Below the pieces are notes generated by a model that saw nothing but the letters and a program-made list of their open reading frames with translations, did no database searches and had not been told where the DNA came from. Shown in pieces: positions 55,067 to 63,058 of a DNA stretch of 64,000 nucleotides. How positions within the stretch are numbered: the stretch's first letter is position 1; the number at the start of each line of letters is the position of its first letter. Source of the stretch: a virus. Taxonomy: Duplodnaviria > Caudoviricetes. Location: the IMG/VR virus record IMGVR_UViG_3300028048_000039, positions 256,001-320,000 of that record. The stretch is one strand, 5' to 3'. A program made the position numbers and the translations under genes.

Positions 55067-55696
55067 ATGAGAAAGAAGAATTTAGTCTTAGGTTGTACAC
55101 CATCAGTCCTCGATGGAACAGAATATCACTTTACAGGTGACTCACAGCAGGAATTACCAACAAATTATTCTTATAGAGAATATCTTCCACCAATACTCAA
55201 TCAGGGTGAACAGTCAATTTGCGTTCCATGTTCAGTTTCTGCATATCTTAATTGGAAGGAAAACCTCAAGGATGGGTCAACAAAGGATAATAAAGTTGCC
55301 TTAATGGACATTTATAACAGTAGGCCTAATAATACCAATGGTATGACCTTTAAGGATGCTCTCAATTTTCTTAGACATAAGGGAGTAAAGAGCAAGGCTG
55401 GTAAATTAATGATAGATACTTATTCACTTGTTCATAGAGTTAGGGACCTTCAGTATGCAATTGTAATGAATGGCCCTTGTCTTGGTGCTCTCCCAGTATG
55501 GTCCAATACCGATGATTTCTGGAAGGATGATAATGCTAATAATTTTTATGGTTATCACGCAATTTCCATTGTAGGTTATGATGAAGAAGGCTTCATTATT
55601 AGGAATTCCTGGGGAAAAAGTTATGGTGATGGTGGTTATTATAAGGTGCCATACTCTGACTTCCTTAAATTTGTGGAAATTTGGACAATAGTTTAA
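55067..55696 (+). CDS. papain-like cysteine peptidase (C1 family)
   Basis: NQGEQSIC, GYHAISIVGYD, IIRNSWG..YG..GY. Confidence 0.9.
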   Translation: MRKKNLVLGCTPSVLDGTEYHFTGDSQQELPTNYSYREYLPPILNQGEQSICVPCSVSAYLNWKENLKDGSTKDNKVALMDIYNSRPNNTNGMTFKDALNFLRHKGVKSKAGKLMIDTYSLVHRVRDLQYAIVMNGPCLGALPVWSNTDDFWKDDNANNFYGYHAISIVGYDEEGFIIRNSWGKSYGDGGYYKVPYSDFLKFVEIWTIV

Positions 55697-55704
55697 GTAA
55701 ATCA

Positions 55705-55733
55705 TTGATTTTTTAACAATTTTTCGTTATTTT
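55705..55733 (+). promoter_or_regulatory. early/middle-type promoter
   Basis: TTGATT-N17-TATTTT. Confidence 0.45.
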
Positions 55734-55756
55734 CTCTTAAAAGAAGTTTAAGAGAT

Positions 55757-56674
55757 ATGAAAACTATTTTAGTTACTGGAGGAGATGGCCAGTTAGGACT
55801 TACATTATTTGAACAATCAGTGCTTTTAGGCAAACCTGAGGATAATTATGTCTTTCTTGGACATAAAGACCTTGATATTACCAGTAAAAAGTCAATAGAG
55901 GAAGCATTTAAGAAGTATAAACCAGACATTGTAATCAATTGTGCTGCATTTACCAATGTAGAGAGTGCTGAAACAAAGAAAAAAGAGGCATATAATATTA
56001 ATAGCACGGCAGTTGAAAATTTAAAGAAGGCATGTAAGAAGCATAATGCCTTTCTTTTCCATTTTTCAACTGATTATGTTTATGACGGTACAAAGAATAC
56101 CCCATACACAGAGGAAGATGATGTAAATCCATTAAATATCTACGGTTCTTCTAAACTTCTTGGTGATATGATGCTCTTAGGTAATGAAAACGTCATAATA
56201 TTTAGAGTTTCATGGCTATATTCCAATTATGGTAACAATTTCTTCAAGAAAGTTATGGAATTTGTCAAAGAAGGCAAGCAAATGAGTGTGGTTATCGACC
56301 AAATTGGTACCCCTACTTACGCTAGAGACCTTGCAAATACCATTATATTCATAATAAATGATGAAAAATATATTGGTAAGTCAGGAATATATAATTTTTC
56401 AGAAGAGGGAACGTGTTCTTGGTATGACTTTGCAAAGGCGATAGAACTACTTGCAAGAGAACATCAGTATGGTCCATTAAATAATAGTATTTTTAACCCA
56501 TTTATCATTCCTTGCAAAACTGCAAGCAGAAAAGATAAAGCAAAACGTCCAAGTTATAGCGTTTTAGACAAAAGTAAGTTTTATGAAGACTTTCATTTTT
56601 TAAAAAGGCCGCATTGGCTTGAGGCACTTAATATATGTATGAATATTGAGCTGTCAAAAATGGTATTAAATTAG
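55757..56674 (+). CDS. rfbD: dTDP-4-dehydrorhamnose reductase
   Basis: ILVTGGDGQLG, INCAAFT.V..AE, STDYVYDG, YGSSK, DQIGTPTYA.DLA, AKRP.YSVLD. Confidence 0.93.
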   Translation: MKTILVTGGDGQLGLTLFEQSVLLGKPEDNYVFLGHKDLDITSKKSIEEAFKKYKPDIVINCAAFTNVESAETKKKEAYNINSTAVENLKKACKKHNAFLFHFSTDYVYDGTKNTPYTEEDDVNPLNIYGSSKLLGDMMLLGNENVIIFRVSWLYSNYGNNFFKKVMEFVKEGKQMSVVIDQIGTPTYARDLANTIIFIINDEKYIGKSGIYNFSEEGTCSWYDFAKAIELLAREHQYGPLNNSIFNPFIIPCKTASRKDKAKRPSYSVLDKSKFYEDFHFLKRPHWLEALNICMNIELSKMVLN

Positions 56675-58317
56675 GGTGTCCAAACATATTTTATAAGTCC
56701 ACAGTCATATATTTTAACATAACCGAGACTATTAGTCATTTCAGTTTCTGTCATAGTTAATGGTAGTCCATACTTTTTATGGAGTGTCTGTTTTCTAAAG
56801 CCGAATTTATGTTGTCTTTTAGCTCCATCATAAGGGCTATAATATCTATATTCTGCCGGCGTATAGCCACAAAACTTAAAACCTATTTTAGTATATAGAT
56901 TATCACTTTCATTTATTGTCCATCTTCTGTCAGCGAATGATTTTACTTCGCTTGGGGCATATTCTTTTGTGAAAAACTTAAATATTTTTCCACCAATTCC
57001 TTGACAAACGACATTATTTTTACTTGCAAACCTTGTAAGTTCCCACTTATCTTCGCCGTCTTTTTTAAAAGTCATTACTGCAACGAGTTCTTCAGAAGAA
57101 AATGCTCCAAGATATATGCTTGAGCCAACAAATCCTTGTATGTGATTTTTTTCAAGAAATACTTTTGCTGTTTCTTTATCTATTTTCTTGACGATGCATT
57201 TTCTTGCCATTATTTTCTCTGCATTTTCATATTTTTTTAGAATATGCCTTATTTTTGATAGCACGACATCTTTTGCATTTATATATTCATCTTCGAAAAT
57301 CTGTAACAGCCCAATTCCCCTTTCCTTACATTTTTCTGTTTTTGATAAGTGGTAGTTTTTGTCTTTATTATGCCAATAAAGGCCATTATATTCAATGGCA
57401 ACATTGAGAGATGGAATAAATATGTCAAGCTCTTTTCCATCTAAGACATTTCTATCGTGTTCTATAACATTTTCTTCCCCTATAAGCGTCTTGACATAGT
57501 TAAGTATCTCTATTTCATTCTTTGAGAATGGCTGAGTACATTTTGGACAGCCATTTCCTTGAAGATGCTTATCTGGCGTCTGCCAAAATTCTCCATGCTT
57601 AGGGCAAATTATACAAACCTTATTTTTGGCAGTGACATATTTCACTTTTGAGTAGTCATATTTATCACCATGTATCTCCTTAGCACGTTTTAAAAAATCA
57701 ATATTTGTTAATCTTCTACTTTTTGCGTTAATTTCTTTTGCACACTTTGGACACAATGTACCATTAATATGAATGTATGGGTTTTGCCGAAATTCACCAT
57801 GTTCAGGACAGATAATTTTTACTTTTTTATTCATCCCGTTATATGTGGTTTCAGAATAGTCATATTTATCGCCATGTACTTCTTTTGCTGCTGCAATAAA
57901 AGTTTGTGTTGTGTATTTTTGTGGCCTTTTAATAGATTTAGAACAACTAGGACAACCTTTTCCCTTCAAATGGTTATGCGGGTCTTGCCAAAATTCACCA
58001 TGTTCAGGACAAATTATGCATACTTTGGTGGTATTGTTAATATACTTCACTTTTGAATAGTCATACTTGTTGCCATGTACTTTAATGGCATCAGAAATAA
58101 AGCGCTCTAGGTCTTTTTTCTTATTCCCGTAGCAATCTGGACACCCCTGCCCAGCAAGGTGCTTATCTGGCGTCTGCCAAAATTCTCCATGCTCAGGACA
58201 GATGATACATACTTTTGTCTTATTACTAATATAATTTACTTTTGAATAGTCGTATTTATTTCCGTGAATTTGCCTTGCTTCATTTTTAAATTCTTCAGTT
58301 GTCTTTTTTTTACTCAT
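56671..58317 (-). CDS. putative homing endonuclease: 4 zinc-ribbon repeats + nuclease + GNAT-like C-terminal domain
   Basis: 4x CPEHGEF.Q repeats; ELDIFIP..NVAIEYNGLYWH; NHIQG...WELTRFAS...SFADRRW...IYDCG. Confidence 0.8.
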   Translation of the reverse strand: MSKKKTTEEFKNEARQIHGNKYDYSKVNYISNKTKVCIICPEHGEFWQTPDKHLAGQGCPDCYGNKKKDLERFISDAIKVHGNKYDYSKVKYINNTTKVCIICPEHGEFWQDPHNHLKGKGCPSCSKSIKRPQKYTTQTFIAAAKEVHGDKYDYSETTYNGMNKKVKIICPEHGEFRQNPYIHINGTLCPKCAKEINAKSRRLTNIDFLKRAKEIHGDKYDYSKVKYVTAKNKVCIICPKHGEFWQTPDKHLQGNGCPKCTQPFSKNEIEILNYVKTLIGEENVIEHDRNVLDGKELDIFIPSLNVAIEYNGLYWHNKDKNYHLSKTEKCKERGIGLLQIFEDEYINAKDVVLSKIRHILKKYENAEKIMARKCIVKKIDKETAKVFLEKNHIQGFVGSSIYLGAFSSEELVAVMTFKKDGEDKWELTRFASKNNVVCQGIGGKIFKFFTKEYAPSEVKSFADRRWTINESDNLYTKIGFKFCGYTPAEYRYYSPYDGAKRQHKFGFRKQTLHKKYGLPLTMTETEMTNSLGYVKIYDCGLIKYVWTP

Positions 58318-58351
58318 ATAACAGTTCTTTTAGGGTCTGATATTTTTTATA

Positions 58352-58380
58352 AATATACAAATAAATAGAAAGAAAAACAA
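58352..58380 (-). promoter_or_regulatory. early/middle-type promoter with nested late motif (58361-58368)
   Basis: TTGTTT-N17-TATATT with CTATTTAT in the spacer. Confidence 0.5.
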
Positions 58381-58412
58381 AAAAAACGTGCATAAATTTA
58401 TGCACGTTCTCT
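58379..58412 (-). terminator. intrinsic terminator after tail tube
   Basis: aacgtgcataa/ttatgcacgtt inverted repeat with an A-run on its left. Confidence 0.75.
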
Positions 58413-58431
58413 TTTTCAGATAAATTGTAGA

Positions 58432-58920
58432 TTAGTAGCAAAGTATGCAATAATCTGGACGGAGTGTAACTGCGATTGTAGCAATATCATCCTGGCTATA
58501 ACTCAAATCATTGAAGTTAATGTTGGTAATGAAGCAACCCTTAAGAAGCCACTTCTGTACAACAGCACCTGTTGGGTCAAGAAGGTCCAACTCAACATCG
58601 CGTTTGTAACCTGCAGCATAACCCTGACGTCCAGTAACTGTTTCTGAACCAAGTCTAACCCACTCCATCAATGCCTGAGATGTTGAAGGTCCGATTGGGT
58701 CACGGAAAGTTAACTGCATTTCCTGCCAAGTATATCTACCAAGAACCCATGTTGAGGTGTTCAAGAACTGAATTTCAGTTGCGTTCTGGTTCAAGTTTGG
58801 ACGAGCACCAGATTCAACGGTCCACTCCTGAATACCGAGGTCTGAAGGAAAACGGAAGATAAATCTATTTTTCCTTAAGGGTTCTATCTGATTCGGCATT
58901 TTAAGTAATAAATCACTCAT
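58432..58920 (-). CDS. tail tube protein (gp19-like)
   Basis: EPLRKNRF, GRYTWQEM..TFRDPI.PS..QA.MEW, GY...YKRD..L..LDP.G.VV.KW.LKG.F. Confidence 0.92.
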   Translation of the reverse strand: MSDLLLKMPNQIEPLRKNRFIFRFPSDLGIQEWTVESGARPNLNQNATEIQFLNTSTWVLGRYTWQEMQLTFRDPIGPSTSQALMEWVRLGSETVTGRQGYAAGYKRDVELDLLDPTGAVVQKWLLKGCFITNINFNDLSYSQDDIATIAVTLRPDYCILCY

Positions 58921-58951
58921 ATACGTATATTATTTAATCGATTATTTTATA

Positions 58952-58959
58952 ATAAATAG
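58952..58959 (-). promoter_or_regulatory. late promoter motif CTATTTAT (tube)
   Basis: ATAAATAG on the + strand. Confidence 0.7.
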
Positions 58960-58983
58960 TGTTATTTTATTTTTTTAGTTTTG

Positions 58984-59736
58984 TTACAATAATTTAATAT
59001 TAAAGTACAAAAGGTGGTCTGAGTGCTTGTTGAGGTCATAATAATCATCAAGCATACCTTGTATTTCTTTATCAGCCTCTTCTCTGCTTACTTTTCCGCC
59101 ATCTTCTCTTGAAACACATATTTTAGCATTGAAACATGCCTCTTCAACTTCCTCATCATCGTACTCATCATTGTAATCTGGGTCTATAGTGCTCATTGGT
59201 GTTGATGCTGCAGCCTTAGCGGCCTCTCTTGCCCTGTCAGCCATTGTATTGATATCATCAATATTGGCATCTTCTTTTAAGGTTTTTTTTCTTGACTTCT
59301 TGGTCTTTCTTCCTTCATAAACGCCGTCTTTTCCGTACATTAATTTTGCCTTATATGTGCGCAATGTTTCGGTTGCCATGGCGATAGGCCCCTCATGAGC
59401 ATCAAGTGCTTCAAGCTTCTCAAGGTCCTTATCAAGTTTATAGTGTTCCCATGCGTCTATGTTTCCTGGTTTTACGATGTCGTTATAGACATTGTTAAGA
59501 TAAAGTGCAACGTCTCGGTCACTAGCAGTTCCGTCTAATGTCTTTTTTCTTGCTTCTTCCACTTCAGGAATTCCAGCAGGAACGTAATCTGGGTCAGCTT
59601 CATCATCACCATCTTCTTTATCCATGAAGAAATATTCGTTAAGTTTTAACCCACTATCTTCTTTCAACACTCTCTTTACGCTTTCAGCAACAATTTTCCT
59701 GAGAGTGGCCTCGTTTATTTTAACTCTCTTTTTCAT
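58984..59736 (-). CDS. acidic protein with cargo-like leader
   Basis: MKKRVKINEATLRKIVAESVKRVLKED plus further LNE/LKE sites. Confidence 0.75.
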   Translation of the reverse strand: MKKRVKINEATLRKIVAESVKRVLKEDSGLKLNEYFFMDKEDGDDEADPDYVPAGIPEVEEARKKTLDGTASDRDVALYLNNVYNDIVKPGNIDAWEHYKLDKDLEKLEALDAHEGPIAMATETLRTYKAKLMYGKDGVYEGRKTKKSRKKTLKEDANIDDINTMADRAREAAKAAASTPMSTIDPDYNDEYDDEEVEEACFNAKICVSREDGGKVSREEADKEIQGMLDDYYDLNKHSDHLLYFNIKLL

Positions 59737-59738
59737 AA

Positions 59739-60107
59739 TTATTTCATTTGCTGTGGATTATTCTTTTCTTGCTCTGGCTTACGGTCTGTCATGCTCCACA
59801 CTTTCTTAAGCATAATGTAGTTTTCGTCCTCAGGTGTGTCAGCTAATTCAGCCATTGCTCTCAATGACATCTTTCTAATATCATCAATAAGTTTCCTTGC
59901 TTTCTCACTAGCATTTCCGTTTCCAGTTTCAGGTTCCACTTCCGTGGTTTCCATTGGTTCCTCGTGCTCATCACTAGGCATAAGGTCCTCATCTCTCTCT
60001 TCATAAGGTTCATCATTGAAGTGAAGTGCCTCGTTAATAGTCTTAGGCATCTTCTTTGATAACTTCCTTATAGCAGAAACGTTCTCTTTTAATGTATGTT
60101 TTTTCAT
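59739..60107 (-). CDS. acidic hypothetical (prohead-core-like) protein
   Basis: LKE and INE sites; late motif upstream. Confidence 0.7.
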   Translation of the reverse strand: MKKHTLKENVSAIRKLSKKMPKTINEALHFNDEPYEERDEDLMPSDEHEEPMETTEVEPETGNGNASEKARKLIDDIRKMSLRAMAELADTPEDENYIMLKKVWSMTDRKPEQEKNNPQQMK

Positions 60108-60126
60108 AGTACTGCAATATTTTTAT

Positions 60127-60134
60127 ATAAATAG
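60127..60134 (-). promoter_or_regulatory. late promoter motif CTATTTAT
   Basis: ATAAATAG on the + strand. Confidence 0.7.
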
Positions 60135-60153
60135 TTATAAAAATCGTTTTTTC

Positions 60154-60182
60154 TTGACAAAAAACCAATAGTTTCTTATATT
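60154..60182 (+). promoter_or_regulatory. early/middle-type promoter
   Basis: TTGACA-N17-TATATT. Confidence 0.6.
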
Positions 60183-60238
60183 TTTAGAAAATGTCGACTG
60201 ACATATTTATTTTTGAATAAGATTTAATATAATTAGAT

Positions 60239-60877
60239 ATGGTTGAAGAAAAAAAGTGTATTGAAAACGAAAAGAAAAAGCGTAACATTGAGGCAACAAT
60301 TAAAATGATTGATAAAACCCTCTCAGAAATGAGGGAACGCCAAAAAAATGGAACCACAAGTGACATGGCAATTAAGATTGTTGAGGATGAAAAGAAACAA
60401 TTAGAAATGGAACTCTCCGTACTTGAATCACCGATAAATGATTGTGAACAACGTAGTGAGTACCCAGAAACTAAGTCTAACAGCCCTAAGGCTTATGTAA
60501 TTAACAAGGAATACCTCCCAAAAGTAGATGACATTACCCTTAAGTATGAACCAATATTTTCAAATATGTTCTATTTTAAGTATGAGGACGTTCCGGAATA
60601 TTTTGTTAAGGAAGCTAGGGTAGTTGATGACAAGCATGAACTCATTGTTACATATAATGAGGCAGTTGAGTTCGACGCATTCAATTATTTTTTAAATTTA
60701 AAGCGACTTAATAAGGAAGGAACAGCAACATTAGAAAAACTAAACAGGGAAGGTAAAGTTGTTAGGGCAGATAAGTGGAATTGTGTTGTATCTAAGGTCT
60801 TCCCGGCAATTCATTCTTATGCCAAGGAAGATGTATTAACGACAACCATTCTTTTTAAGATAAAAAATAGACTATAA
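60239..60877 (+). CDS. coiled-coil + degenerate tail-tube-like domain protein
   Basis: C-terminal half aligns by eye to the 58432..58920 tube protein. Confidence 0.6.
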   Translation: MVEEKKCIENEKKKRNIEATIKMIDKTLSEMRERQKNGTTSDMAIKIVEDEKKQLEMELSVLESPINDCEQRSEYPETKSNSPKAYVINKEYLPKVDDITLKYEPIFSNMFYFKYEDVPEYFVKEARVVDDKHELIVTYNEAVEFDAFNYFLNLKRLNKEGTATLEKLNREGKVVRADKWNCVVSKVFPAIHSYAKEDVLTTTILFKIKNRL

Positions 60878-61398
60878 TGGCATTACAACCAATAAAGAAA
60901 AGCGGACCTTATCAAAAACCAAGGTCCAAGACAGTAAAAAAGAGAAAAACGACAGCCCAACCTTCAAAGAAGAAGACAACAACTAAGAAAACCACTAGGT
61001 CACACCCTAAATATGGAACTTCAAAGCTGGAAAAGAGATTTGAAAATGACTTTTTAAAGAAGTTGGGCGTGAAGTATGAAAGACAATTTTATGCACCAGA
61101 CATTAAACGATATTATGACTTTTATCTTCCTGAGAAGAACGTTATAATTGAGGTTGATGGAACATATTACCACTCCTTTGGGCTAGTTTATGAGCAAATG
61201 AGTCCAATGCAAAAGAGAAATCATCGTGTTGATGAAATAAAGAACGAGTGGGCAGCAATGCATGGCTATGCGTTGTTAAGGATTTGGGAGCATGACATTA
61301 ATAATAACCCAGTTAAGGTTATGGAAATGCTCAAGGAATTCTTGGGTGTGCAGGAAAAGAAAAATTTAATAAAGGAAAATAAGAAAAAAAGACATTAA
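60877..61398 (+). CDS. Vsr/DUF559-like endonuclease with basic N-terminus
   Basis: YDFYLP...IIEVDG.YYH...D..K...A...GY.LLRIWE. Confidence 0.8.
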   Translation: MALQPIKKSGPYQKPRSKTVKKRKTTAQPSKKKTTTKKTTRSHPKYGTSKLEKRFENDFLKKLGVKYERQFYAPDIKRYYDFYLPEKNVIIEVDGTYYHSFGLVYEQMSPMQKRNHRVDEIKNEWAAMHGYALLRIWEHDINNNPVKVMEMLKEFLGVQEKKNLIKENKKKRH

Positions 61399-61409
61399 TA
61401 GAGAGAGAT

Positions 61410-62738
61410 ATGCCAGAAAGAAATGAAAAAATGCTCAAACAGCTAAAGAGCAATTATGAAATGTACGAGAGGACAAAGAAGGAAACGGAGAAGAATATGC
61501 GTCGTGCCGAAAATCCTGATGGTACAAAGAGATTTACCGAGGAAAAGATTAAGGAAAATCTTGCCCTTATTTCTGAAGCTGAAAAAGATATAATTGAACA
61601 GTTTAAGAACTTCGGAGGTACAATGGAAGAACTAACCGGGAAGCAACAGGAAGTGAGGATTGAGATTACCCCTAATAGAGTTGAACCAACACCAGCCATA
61701 AAGAAGGAAGACATTGACAATGAAACACTCATGAAGGCGAAGGCTTCACTTGAGGAAGCTGAACGTCAGCGCAAGGAGATAATCGAGTCACAGGAGAGTG
61801 CAACCGCAACAAGATTGGAGCAGACTTATATTCCGCCAAAGGACACTTATAGCCGTGAGGAAGCATTTGACGTAATTCCACTCCCTTCAAAGGGTGAGGC
61901 TTATAAGGAGAAAATTGCAAAGGTATCAGTTGCATACCTTACTGCTTATGATGAAAACATGATTGTTTCTCCAAACCTTTATCGTGATAATCTCATTCTT
62001 GACTATATTATCAATGAAAAGCTTCTTAGCAAGGAAATAGACCCAATGGACCTTCTTGAGGGTGACAGGGAAGCTATCTTGTTATTCCTTAGGGCTACTG
62101 GTTATGGTAATGAATATCCAATTACAGCAACCGATGCTGCAACTGGAAAGGATTTTGACACGATAATTGACCTTTCAAAGCTGGAATATAAAGATTTTAA
62201 ACTTAAGGGTGACAGTAATGGTTGGTTCCCATTCACACTTCCAGTAAGTAAGAAAGAGATTAAATTTAGGTTTCCAACACATAGAGATACCGTACTCTTG
62301 GAGAAGATGCAGGAAGCTGAGGAACCAAGAATTATGAAGGAAACAATAAGTAACTATGTTGAAACACTTGATAAGTACATCGATGATGAAAAGGAACTTC
62401 CGAAGGACCAAAAGGCGAAGGTTCGCCAGGCAATTGCCACAATTACCAAGTGGGGTGAAGATATGCCATCAGAGAATTCACTTAAATTCAACCATGCATT
62501 GACTAATAGACTTAACCTCTTGATTATGGCAGTTGATGGTATTACCGATAAGAAGTACATCGCAGACTTTGTTAGGACAATGAATGTTAGAGATTCTTCT
62601 GCGTTGAGGAAGTATATGACACAAAATGAGCCAGGTGTTAATTATAACATTACAATCAATAGACCTGAGGAGTTGGGAGGTGGCTCCATGACTACGTTTC
62701 TGCAATTTGACAAATTTCTATTTCTTAATATCACCTAG
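61410..62738 (+). CDS. baseplate hub/tail assembly chaperone (gp26-like)
   Basis: IPLPSKG..Y, YLTAYDE, LL.GDR.AILLFLR..GYG, FTLP.SK..IKFR, M..RDS.ALRKY. Confidence 0.75.
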   Translation: MPERNEKMLKQLKSNYEMYERTKKETEKNMRRAENPDGTKRFTEEKIKENLALISEAEKDIIEQFKNFGGTMEELTGKQQEVRIEITPNRVEPTPAIKKEDIDNETLMKAKASLEEAERQRKEIIESQESATATRLEQTYIPPKDTYSREEAFDVIPLPSKGEAYKEKIAKVSVAYLTAYDENMIVSPNLYRDNLILDYIINEKLLSKEIDPMDLLEGDREAILLFLRATGYGNEYPITATDAATGKDFDTIIDLSKLEYKDFKLKGDSNGWFPFTLPVSKKEIKFRFPTHRDTVLLEKMQEAEEPRIMKETISNYVETLDKYIDDEKELPKDQKAKVRQAIATITKWGEDMPSENSLKFNHALTNRLNLLIMAVDGITDKKYIADFVRTMNVRDSSALRKYMTQNEPGVNYNITINRPEELGGGSMTTFLQFDKFLFLNIT

Positions 62739-62988
62739 TGAATATGAAAAGAACCTTAGGGATGAGATTTATGGCTGTATGAAGCACATTGGAATGTCCT
62801 ATGACATGATAATGAAGCTGCCAATTCAGGACCGAAAGGCAATAATTCACAAGCATAACTTAGAGCAGGAACAGATTGATGCCAGAATTCATGATAATGG
62901 CCAGTCTTCAACTGAAAGACACTATGAAGGAGAACAACTTAACGATTTCGCAAGACTTGAACAAATGCGAAGAAAAAATGGGGGCTAA
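62707..62988 (+). CDS. small tail-assembly protein (gp51/GT-like), probably reached by frameshift or non-ATG start
   Basis: EY...L.DEI....KHIGMSY..IM.LPI.DRK motif begins before the first ATG; +1 frame overlap. Confidence 0.6.
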   Translation: MTNFYFLISPSEYEKNLRDEIYGCMKHIGMSYDMIMKLPIQDRKAIIHKHNLEQEQIDARIHDNGQSSTERHYEGEQLNDFARLEQMRRKNGG

Positions 62989-63006
62989 GCCTCCATTTTT
63001 CTTTTT
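62973..63006 (+). terminator. intrinsic terminator
   Basis: aaaaatgggggc-taa-gcctccattttt. Confidence 0.7.
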
Positions 63007-63023
63007 AGAAAAATCACATAATA

Positions 63024-63031
63024 CTATTTAT
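63024..63031 (+). promoter_or_regulatory. late promoter motif CTATTTAT
   Basis: Recurrent intergenic motif. Confidence 0.7.
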
Positions 63032-63058
63032 TTGTGATAAAATGCTTAAACGTTAAAT

